NCBI RefSeq assembly: GCF_006345805.1
Contig: NC_043005.1
Coordinates: 41,912,001 to 41,976,000 of the forward strand
Direction of reading: 5' to 3'
DNA length: 64,000 bases
Source of the DNA: Octopus sinensis
Taxonomy: Eukaryota
Both the position numbers and the translations under genes were made by a program. Shown piece after piece: positions 53,690 through 64,000 of this stretch. The first letter of the stretch is position 1; every line of letters begins with the position of its first letter. Below the pieces are notes generated by a model. It made no database searches. It was not told the origin of the DNA and saw only the letters and a list, made by a program, of their open reading frames with translations.

Positions 53690-54240
53690 AGATTGGTCCA
53701 GGCCATGTCTAACTTAATAGCACCACCTGATAGGATTATTCGAATCCTGTTTAAGTCAAGTTTTGTTTATGGTCCATTCAAGTAGTGAGTTCTTGTTGGG
53801 TGAGTTGTATCCAATTATGGGTGGCTTATCTGGTATTCTTTGAAGGAATCTATCCAGACTCCGTTTAAAGTTGATGGGATCCTTTTCCTCTTTGATTTCC
53901 CTCGGGACAATGTTAAATAGGGCAGGGCCTGTTGAGGAAAAGAAATTATGTTGCAGTGTACATGTATGTTGTGATATTGAATTGGGCAGGGAACGTATGG
54001 CCCGTGGTCCCAGTCTTGGATGAACCTTGAAGCTAATGTTAAGGTCGTTTGGGCAACTACTTGACTAAGAATTAGTTTCCTTTTCTCCTACTTTGTTTTC
54101 CTCTAAGCATTTATGTCAGTAAAAGCTGATTAAGTCATTTTTATCTAAACGAGAACGCAAGATTCCCACGTTCCTATTTGAAATTTTCGATATTTCTGTA
54201 ATATTATTTGATTGTATTCATTCCCTAACTTGATAAACAT
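53690..54240 (-). pseudogene. 3' end of a CR1/Crack-like LINE ORF2 and 3' UTR
   Basis: FSSTGPALFNIVPREIKEEKDPINFKRSLDRFLQRIPDKPPIIGYNSPNKNSLLEW; tail (atctaagttt)2. Confidence 0.75.
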
Positions 54241-54294
54241 ATAAAAATAAGTCAGCTGGCACTAGAAATCCGTGGTGAGACATAAATTTATCGA

Positions 54295-54341
54295 TGGACC
54301 TAATGAGACCCAGACTGATGGGTCGAAACATATGTTGTACA
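54295..54341 (+). ncRNA. Degenerate minimal hammerhead motif
   Basis: tggac CTAATGA gaccc-agactgat-gggtc GAA ACATATGT T gtaca; G5 changed to A. Confidence 0.45.
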
Positions 54342-54655
54342 CAATAAAGATCTAATACTGAACCCATCTCCTGTTAGTTAATATCATATATTCCGCCTTC
54401 AGATTGCCCCACAGTTCGGTCTCTTTGCAATTCGGAGAGTTACAATACGACATCATTAAAATTCGGACAGTTCTTTTGTGCGTGGCATGATTAAACAATC
54501 ACATATAGAAACTGAAACATAAATATGGCAATTAATAAAAAATATAAACCTTTCCAAGTTAAACATAAAACGATATTTTATGTGGGTGTCTATTTACTTC
54601 TGTTATGTATGTATGTATATACATACATATATATATATAATGTATATATATGTAC

Positions 54656-54730
<75 letters not shown>

Positions 54731-54735
<5 letters not shown>

Positions 54736-54937
54736 AAGAGGGATCAGCCATCTGAATGTGGCTAGGGTCAGGGCGGGGTGGTGGAGGTGTTACTGATGCA
54801 TTTAGCCCCAGGCGAACATCGACGTCACCAGAAGAGCTGACGACGTCGATGTTCGCCTGGGGCTAAATGCATCAGTAACACCCCCACCACCCCGCCCTGA
54901 CCCTAGCCACATTCAGATGGCTGATCCCTCTTATGTT
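54731..54937. repeat. Near-perfect 96-bp-arm inverted repeat, 15-nt loop
   Basis: 54731-54826 versus 54842-54937, one mismatch; (TA)n upstream. Confidence 0.95.
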
Positions 54938-54981
54938 ATAGAGCAGTTACTGTTTATATCTCGCCCAGAGATTTATTATTG

Positions 54982-55023
<42 letters not shown>

Positions 55024-55990
55024 ATGTTTATATACAGACCACAACTCAACATACTATAACATACCCCCCAGGTACACACCCACAACAAACACTCACAAAC
55101 ACACAGACATACACACACATACACACCCACACAAACTCACACACATATGCATATGCACCCTCACGCGCACATACAGTTGCTCACACACACACACACCACC
55201 ACCAGGACGATTATAACAACACAAGCATACTCAGACAGAGACACACACTCACGTACACACATATAACATCCCCACCAACACTAAAACACAGAGACATACA
55301 CACGCATACACACAGACGCACACATACACAGGCGCAAACAAACACATACACACATACGCACACAACAATCTGACAAATACTAATCAAACACACACACACG
55401 CACACAAACGTGCACACATATACACACACACCATCCTACCAATTATAAAATAGAGACACCCATATAAACACATCACAATCAAAAACGGCCTACACACACA
55501 AGCACATACATAAACACACACACATAGAGATGTGCACAGAGACACACATACGCACTCACATCATTCTGACTTCTCAGACCAGTCCCCAAAACCACTGAAC
55601 CTTGACAGACTAGCCCAGAAACAAAAAAATCCTTTTGATTTCATATTGCTCTTCCATATTGCTATTGATTCCATATTGCTCAACCAGCCTCCCAAAATAT
55701 CCCTTGAAACAGTAAACATTCCTTAGCTACACACAAGACAGAAAATGTTATTCCTCTCCAGATCAGTTATTCCTCTCCAATTTTTAGTAAATTCTTAGAT
55801 ATATCTCCTTCTGCATATAAATACTTCCAAACAAACATGATTTTTATTGAACTCAAATTACTTATTGTAGTCCCGTTCTCGAATACTTTCTTGAGTACTT
55901 TCTTGTAAATCAAAGAATGTATAACTGTATTTTAAAACTCTTGTGATAACCACTACTTAACACAACAAAGCTTATACAAAGCTTTACATA

Positions 55991-56036
55991 TTACTTTTGA
56001 CAATCTTTTTCTAAAAAAGTGAAACCGGTCAAGTCA
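55991..56036 (+). ncRNA. Minimal hammerhead-like motif, U3-A8 variant, GUC site
   Basis: ttactt TTGACAA t cttttt-cta-aaaaag t GAA ACCGGT C aagtca; paralogue of 39312. Confidence 0.5.
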
Positions 56037-56108
56037 ATAAACATCTCTAAAAGTCCATTGCATTTTCAAACCTTCTTTCATATATGTTTATATATTATTT
56101 ATATTTGT

Positions 56109-56189
<81 letters not shown>

Positions 56190-56204
56190 ATGTGTGTGTG
56201 TGTG

Positions 56205-56235
<31 letters not shown>

Positions 56236-56630
56236 TATTTTGACCTCATAGTTGAAATTGTTTAGGGTTAGAGTTGAACACCTTGTTTTGATGAAATAAC
56301 TGCTGATACTCTTCATACAAATGGATACTTTATTAATTTGGTATGTTACTTATTTCTTTTTCTTTTTTGCGTATTTATAAAACTTAGTAACTGAACAGTC
56401 GTGATGGCAGTAGCAGCATATCATGGGAGTATAACAGGGTCTCATAATGTATTGGTTGAAATGTTTAGTAAGGTATGGAAAGGATAGAAAATAATGCTTA
56501 AGTGGTTCTTTTAATCTCTAAAACTAATTAAACGGCTATCCTGAAAACTTCAGACTCATAACCTACTTTCTTACACTGGACAAAACTATAACTGCAATAA
56601 CATCGAGAAGGATTTTAAACAATGATAGCC

Positions 56631-56938
56631 CGTTACCTAGTGGTTAGGGTAATCGGCTCAGGATCGTAAGGTCGTGAGTTTGATTCCCGGGGGTGAGTTG
56701 TGATCTTGGGTAAGACACCTTATTTGGCATTGCTCCAGTCCACTCAGCTGGCAAAAATTAGTAATACCTGTAATTCAAAGGGCCAACCTTGTCACATACT
56801 ATGACACGCTCAATCTCTCTGAGAACTACGTTAAGGGTATGCGTGTCCGTGCAGGGCTCAGTCACTTGCACGTACATTTCATAAGCAGGCTGTTCCGTTG
56901 ATCGGATCAACTGGAACCCTCGTCGTCGTAACCGACGT
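56631..56938 (+). mobile_element. SINE family D
   Basis: cctagtggttagggtaatcggctcaggatcg...gagtttgattccc...ggaaccctcgtcgtcgtaaccgac. Confidence 0.85.
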
Positions 56939-57946
56939 AATATCAGTTTGATTTTAAGCAGATGTCACCTAGTAACTACTAAATCCCAGAGCTTAAACAC
57001 ACAAACAACATACAAAAACCGCACTAATAGTCATTGTACACATATTAGATAGATATAAAATCAAAACAAAATACTGCGTATACGCAAATCATTCAAAGTT
57101 GCGGTAGGGTTTGTAGCGGAAAATTTGACGATTGAAAAGAAAGAAAAAGAAATAAGTACTTCTTTTGTTATAGTCAGAAAAGAGAGTAGAATCGATTTGT
57201 TTGAAGTAATTTACTGGTACTTTATTTCATAGATCTCAAATGTGGAACGCGAACGACTTTTAGCCTCCAAAGCGGATAAAGTGACATAACAATATAATGC
57301 GAGACATCCACTAGAATGGTAACAAGGACATCAATACAAAGGGAAAATACCTGCAGTTTACCTTTATAAAATACAAAATACAATCTAGCTGCATTTATAA
57401 CAAAATACATATCTATAGGTCTGAAACCTTTAGAAACAGTGTTATGAAAGTGAATCTTTCTTTCCTATAGCCAGAAAATTTATCTTCAGTATAGTTAAAT
57501 AGTATTACGCTTTTATTAATTCAGTTCTATTTATATTTGATTTATGTTTGTTTTTTTGTTTTCTGCAACGATAAACTTAAAAGAATTTGGCTCCGGTAGA
57601 ACGTGTATTCATGAAAGATTTCATTTTAAAAGAGTTATACTACAAATTCCTTTCATATAAGTATTTATAGATTTAAACAAAATATTTTCAGTTATCGTTA
57701 TTCTTCTGATGACGTTTTGGACACATCAAAAAAGAAATAAAGAAAAACAATCTGCTACGTATTTACACAAACGGTTAGGCACATATAACTACACATACAC
57801 CTCTGTTCAAAAACAAATACTTATATAGCTTATGTAAACACAAGAAGCTATACGGGTGTGAGCATAGTAACCATAAATATGCGTGTGTATGGTATGTGTG
57901 TATGTATGTAAGCTAAATATGTTTTTGTAACATTATGAATATATAA

Positions 57947-57997
<51 letters not shown>

Positions 57998-58018
57998 CAT
58001 ATATATATATATATATAT

Positions 58019-58091
<73 letters not shown>

Positions 58092-58749
58092 TATTCGTGT
58101 GTGTTGTGTTATTCGTATTTCTACATTCCATAAGAATGTATGATATAGCGGATGTTTTCCTCTCTATACTTTTCTTTATAATCCAATTATTTATGAATAT
58201 ATTTATATGATTTGAATGAATGTTATCAACTCCTTCCTTATTCAACTTCACTCTGGATTTACATGGCTATATAGGATGATCATTAAAAAAGAAGCAAGAT
58301 TTGTTAAGCCTTAACAGAATGAACATTGCTTAACTGTATAATTATATGGAAAGAAAGCAATACGAGGTTTCAAATATATTTCAATAGAGCCATAAGAAAT
58401 ATGATTGATGAAGATGTAGAAATAATTCTCGAGTTATTTCTAATCTGTTCATGGCGCGAAACAGTTTTGGTCTCAGCATTATAAATTTTCTGAAAAACTT
58501 AATTAACGCACTTAATCACAGTGAATGCACCATATAACTCTGAGCTAGGTATGTACTGAAATAAACCTTCACGAACACATATTGCACAAACACACGCATA
58601 CACACGCCCGCACACGCACACATACACACACACACACGAGATGATCTGGATATGCTAAACCACCTATGGAAAACAATCAATGAAAATACTATCATGTTTC
58701 CTTGGATTTTGTGGACCATTACACTAATATCCCACACAATTATATTATA

Positions 58750-59144
58750 CTAGCAGTATCGCCCGGCGTTGCTCGGGTTTGTAAGGGAAATAATTATATA
58801 AGCATTTTTAGAGATGTAAAGTATAATAGCCATCTCAATATGGCTAACCACAAAGGGGGAGGGGTGTTACTGTAGCTTTTTACGTTCTGAGATTTAATAA
58901 TAAATTTTAGAGAGTTACTTCCCTTATATATGTCAAAAATGGATTAACAATGGGAAAAATTGATGGTAAATTTTTTTTTAAATCGTAGACTCATCGTAGA
59001 CGCGCGCTAATACCCAGACGGTCTCGATATGAACCACGACTATAAGATACCCGGTTTGGGTTAAACTGCACCGCAAAATGTGGGAGTAGTTAGGAATCTA
59101 AATCGTAGGAGACAGACACACAACCTCACTTTTATATATAAAGA
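58750..59144 (-). mobile_element. Non-autonomous Helitron, same family as 1441-1953, with a ~100-bp internal insert
   Basis: A|TC...hairpin...CTAG|T on the minus strand. Confidence 0.8.
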
Positions 59145-59246
59145 TTTCCTCTATTTACATAATATTGAGGTCTCTTTCTTTCTTTTGTTATCTTACTGTT
59201 TTTACCAATATACATATATATATATATATAAATATATATATAGTTA

Positions 59247-59565
59247 CAGAGATGTACTTGCATAGCAAGTGACTTGATCTGAGATCGTGTGCTGGAACGA
59301 AAACAGTTGCAGCGTTGAAGGTGTTTATAAGCCATTTAAGAAACACACAAAAACCGTTAGATTCACTTCAACATTTAAATTTAATTTGTCAAAATATTTT
59401 CGTCGCTTTGATACCGCGACCTGTTAGCACGATATTTTTGTCAGTGAACAGGTCGCGGTCTCAAAGCGACGAAAATATTTTGGCAAATTAAATTTAAATG
59501 TTGAAGTGAATGTAACGGTTTTTGTGTGTTTCTTAAATGGCTTACAAACACCTTCCACGCTGCAA
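59247..59565. mobile_element. pLTR-like repeat forming a 119-bp-arm hairpin
   Basis: Arms 59307-59425 and 59447-59565, 21-nt loop, a few mismatches; (TA)n on both sides; family fragment also at 61690-61785. Confidence 0.85.
59437..59487 (+). ncRNA. Minimal hammerhead-like motif, G3-C8 variant with an extra core nucleotide
   Basis: tttgtca GTGAACA g gtcgc-ggtctcaaa-gcgac GAA AATATT T tggcaaa. Confidence 0.55.
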
Positions 59566-59931
59566 TATATATATACACACATATATATATATTTATGTAT
59601 GTATGTATGTGTGTATATGTGTATGCATGTATGTGTGTGTGTGTGCGTGTCTGTGCTTGTGATTGTCCTCCACCACTGCTTGACAACGAATGTTGGTTTG
59701 TTTACATCCCTGTCACCTAGTGGTTTGACAAAGGAAACAGATAGAATAAGTACAATGCTTACAAAAATAAAACTGGAGTTGATTCATTAAACTACAATTC
59801 TTCAAGGCATTGCCCCAGCATGGCCACAGACCAATGGCTGGAAAAAGCAGAAGAATAAAAGAATACATTCTCTGCTTTGGTCTTATGTTCAAGGCATGAG
59901 AAAGCTTGAGTTTACATGAGAAGGCCTAACA

Positions 59932-60190
59932 GACCTGGTAGAAACAGCAGCCAAATCTCCCTCAAATCACACCTTACTGTCTTATGTATGTATATATATA
60001 TGAGCCAATGAGGGGGACCTCTACATGGTAGCTAGACCTGGTAGAAATAGCAGCCAAATTTCCCCCAAATCACACCTTACTGTCTTATCTATGTATATAT
60101 GTATGAGCCTATGAGGGAGACCCCTACATGGCAGCTAGACATGGTAGAAATAGCAGCCAAATCTCCCTCAAATCACACCTTACTGTCTTA
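59932..60190. repeat. ~102-bp minisatellite, about 2.5 copies
   Basis: agacctggtagaaatagcagccaaatctccctcaaatcacaccttactgtcttat occurs three times. Confidence 0.9.
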
Positions 60191-60289
60191 TCTTTCTGCT
60201 ACTTGGATATAGGTCTTATATTCATCGTAAAAAATTTTCCTGTCACACACTCACGCACACGCACACACACACACACACACGCACCCTCA

Positions 60290-60326
<37 letters not shown>

Positions 60327-60639
60327 TGACACACACGCACGTTAGCTTACAATTTTATTTATATATTTGCGTGTCTATGTGTGGAAACAGGAAGTGGGAG
60401 GCAGAGTGAAAGAATCACTCACTACAGTAAGTGAATTAGTTTCATTTTATTCGTTGCCCACTGTGTGTGTGCGTTTGCGTGTGGTGTAAACCAGACTAAG
60501 AAAAGCATTTGACACACACACCAGAATGTGAGTTTTCTGTAAATTTTGCTTAATTGGAGTTTAAATTTTGAAAACTGGACCTTGCATGACGCGATGCATT
60601 GTACTCTTAAAAATGCTAGGTAAATTGTAATTGAAGAAA

Positions 60640-61290
60640 TCCTATATTGTAGATTTGTATAACTCCCAAAGGGAGGCAGATAAAATCTGCCTTTTATAAT
60701 AAGAGATTAAATTACATTAAATTCTGACTGGAAAAATATCCAGATATACCAGAGAGAATCAACCAGAAATTTATAAATGAAGATTTAAAATTTATCCTCC
60801 AGAACAACTACTTCTTACTTGATCCCACTTTCTACCAACAAAAATGTGGAATTGTGATGGGAACTTGAGCAGTACCAGTTCTTGCGAACCTAAAAATGGA
60901 ATATATAGAATTAACCATATATCAAGTATCACTACAAAAATATGGATACTCGTTTTAGCAAATATATAAGAGAGAACTGGGAAAATATCCAGATGACTGC
61001 TTTGTCCTTTGGAATGGGAATATTGATAAACTATCCGAATTTAAATCGTGGCTGAATGGTATAAATCCAAACGTTAAATTTGCAATAGCGTACAGCAAAG
61101 AACAACTTCTATTATTTGATATTTTGATGAAAATAGTCAATAATCAAATTGAAACTGATATATATTATAAACCCACAACTCAAAGCAATACCTAGCTTTT
61201 AACTCGTGCCACCTGAAATTCATTAAAATAAATATTCCCTTTCATTTAGCGAAAAAAGATTTGTACAATAGTGTCTGATGAAAATATCCC
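60640..61290 (+). pseudogene. Penelope-like reverse transcriptase fragment
   Basis: LKFILQNNYF..FYQQKCGIVMGT..PVLANL..YPDDCFVLW..INPNVKF..IETDIYYKPT..NSCH. Confidence 0.8.
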
Positions 61291-61931
61291 TCCGAGTACA
61301 AGACCTTCTCGAGGACAAAATCGTCCACCCGAACCAACATTTAACATCTCTTTGGAATATGCACTCAGGAACGTCATCGTAGAAATAATTCTGTCAAAGG
61401 ATGGCACCGGCGCTTTGTATCATTTGCCGGATGTTCCCATCCAGTCACCTGGACGTTTATGAGTATATTAGGACGAGAAATTAATTTTCAAAATGTTCAA
61501 AGGAGTCAGATTATTGCTGGTAACGCTACTTAACTACCGAGAAAGAAATATAAGGATAAAGCATCATGAATTTTATCAGTTGTGCAAAAATACCCAGAAA
61601 CAACATATTTTTAGCTATTATATCTATTTCAAAATTTTACACAAAAATATTAACAAATAATTATTTTAAATTCTTTTATAAAATTTCACTTTCTTGAATG
61701 GCTTATAAAAACCTTCCATGCTGCAATTGTTTTCGTTCCAGCACACGATCTCAGATCAAGACACTCGCTATGCAAGTACATCTCCGTAAAATATTCTAAA
61801 TGTAAAGAAAGAACAATATCTTGAGAGATATTGACTGCCGGGAGATTTTGTCCAGGGTGGAGTTTGTTTGGTGGGGATTTTATCCTCGGATGACTTTGTC
61901 TTAGTACCAATCTCCTGTCTTTGTGTTTTCC

Positions 61932-62025
<94 letters not shown>

Positions 62026-62166
62026 CTGTGTACGTGGGATTGTAACGAGACCACATATACACATACACATTCACCTACGCACGCACACAGATACACACAC
62101 ATTTATTTATATACATCTATAATTATATATAATTATGTTATATGACTCTGGATTTATAAGCTATAA

Positions 62167-62197
<31 letters not shown>

Positions 62198-63621
62198 ATT
62201 GCAAATTAGTGTAAGAACTATAGAATAAAGTAAACAGCTATTTTGCATCGTGTATTTGCCACAATACTGATATTTTTATAGAATTAAGAGAAAACCTCTT
62301 GTTAAACTAGCCTCACTTTATACTGAGCAAAATATTTTAACTGATTGAGAAAATTAATCTATATATACATTGGAGATGGAAAGGGACGTATATAAAATCT
62401 AAAATGAATTTAGAAAGTGATATTAGGGATAATTTATGGAAAATAAATATTTGTTATAGCTCTGTAATTTAGCTGCATTCAGAGAGCATGCAATATGAAA
62501 CATAGCTGCATTAGAGAAACAAGCTGAAAATGTAAACACATATGTATATATAGAGAGAGATATTGTTCTTTGCTTTCAAGTGAACACATTATTTTAAATA
62601 AAATGAATAATCTATTTTTGTTTCATAAATTTGGTTTTAGGAATCATCTTTCATGGAAGTAAGATCATTAAAAATATCTTAGTCTTTCAAAATTAAAAAA
62701 AAAAAAATAAACGTTACTTGCTTATCAACAGCGAATGCATTATGAGAGTTGCTTCAAATCGAATGGGTTAAGATTGGTGCAACTGGCGTTATCTCTAAAA
62801 TGAATACATACCAAAGATAATGTGAAACATCTATGTCATTCATCTTATTCATGAGAAGATTTCAAAGTGATAAAAGACATTTTCCAAATTTATGGAATAT
62901 AAAAAGTAAGTTGTATATAATACAGTGTTTTGCGTATGCATTCTGAAACGGTAACAATCTTGAAGATATTAAAGATTATAAAATACATTATTATTTGAGT
63001 GGAAAGCTAATTACGAGAAGCTACATCAACAGGCTTTCCTTTAATCTCTGCCAGAAAGTAATTAAGTTCACAAATGTTGTATTTTATCGTAAACTCTCAA
63101 CTTGGAAACCGAATCTAATTGTGTTTTTCGATTACATATACACATTTTCTGTATCTGAGACATCTTATGCTTTATATGAAAACATTTAGCACTTCAATTA
63201 TTGAAATATTGATTTCTTAAATGGGAGCAAAGCCTAAAATCTAGTTACAAAATAAAGGCTTTGTTATATTGCCGTCCTCCAAAATGTCGGTAGCAGTGGA
63301 GAGAAATTGTTTCAACCAGGAATGAAAACCATTGTTAATATTTTTTTTTAATATTGTTATTTTGGAGCTAATGGGAAGGATACTAAATGCTTCTTTAAAT
63401 TTAACATCTATTTTTATATCTAGTCATCTTAAAATCGCAATTTGTTGGCAATTGTACCGTTCGTTACGAGTTACCAATCATTGGCTCGTAATATTTCTGA
63501 CGATGAGAGTAGCAATCTAGTATCAAACTCGATACAAATACATTCGTTTGTACAGCACAGCGTTTTCCGATTTTGTCACCAATGTTTATATTCTAAGCAG
63601 GCATACAACAGTGAAAGTATA

Positions 63622-63790
63622 GGCGCAATGGCCCAGTGGTTAGGGCAGCAGACTAGCAGTCGTAAGAACGTAGTTTCGATTCCCAGACCGGGCATTGTGA
63701 GTGTTTATTGAGCAAAAACACCTAAGGAGGCGGGGGTGAACCCCGCTGTACTCTTTCGCCACAACATTCTCTCACTCTTTCTTCCTACTT
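63622..63790 (+). mobile_element. SINE family C, 3'-truncated
   Basis: ggcgcaatggcccagtggttagggcagcagac head. Confidence 0.85.
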
Positions 63791-64000
63791 CTTTCACAAA
63801 GCAGAGGAACCATGGTGTAACCCAATATGGTGTGGTTAACTTTCAGTGTAGATTGCGAATCCTCTGTACGCCAGGACGGTTCAGCTCTCCACCCGTTAAA
63901 AGCCACCGTTTACGGAATGAGTATAACAACGTAGCTTTCGCGCACGTGCAACCGCCATTCTATCGCGTGTGGTGGGTGGATCTTCAAGTTGCCACACGCA

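Overview
AT-rich, microsatellite-saturated animal genomic DNA. The SINE families, Dong/R4, RTE and Penelope content and the (TA)n/(CA)n/(TAA)n density point to an octopus genome (inference from repeat recognition). Nearly all ORF-track entries are translated microsatellites. No complete host gene is recognisable; there are only a few candidate exons (a CCCH zinc-finger exon at 22045-22183, a hydrophobic terminal exon at 36272-36357, a poly-Asn first exon at 50842-51124) and an ETS-rich promoter-like patch at 18.8 kb. The window is dominated by four tRNA-derived SINE families, decayed LINEs (Dong/R4, RTE, CR1/Jockey-like), two Penelope-like RT remnants (one with GIY-YIG and an inverted pLTR), Helitron pieces, a pogo transposase remnant, MITEs and a short solo LTR. 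The main hidden signal is a set of about a dozen minimal type-I hammerhead-ribozyme motifs in at least seven unrelated (TA)n-embedded repeats. Most have a palindromic stem III, and together they show three Watson-Crick versions of the core 3-8 pair (C-G, U-A, G-C). Several sit in large fold-back palindromes, and one family forms a 552-nt ORF-less tandem unit resembling a retrozyme/circRNA cassette.
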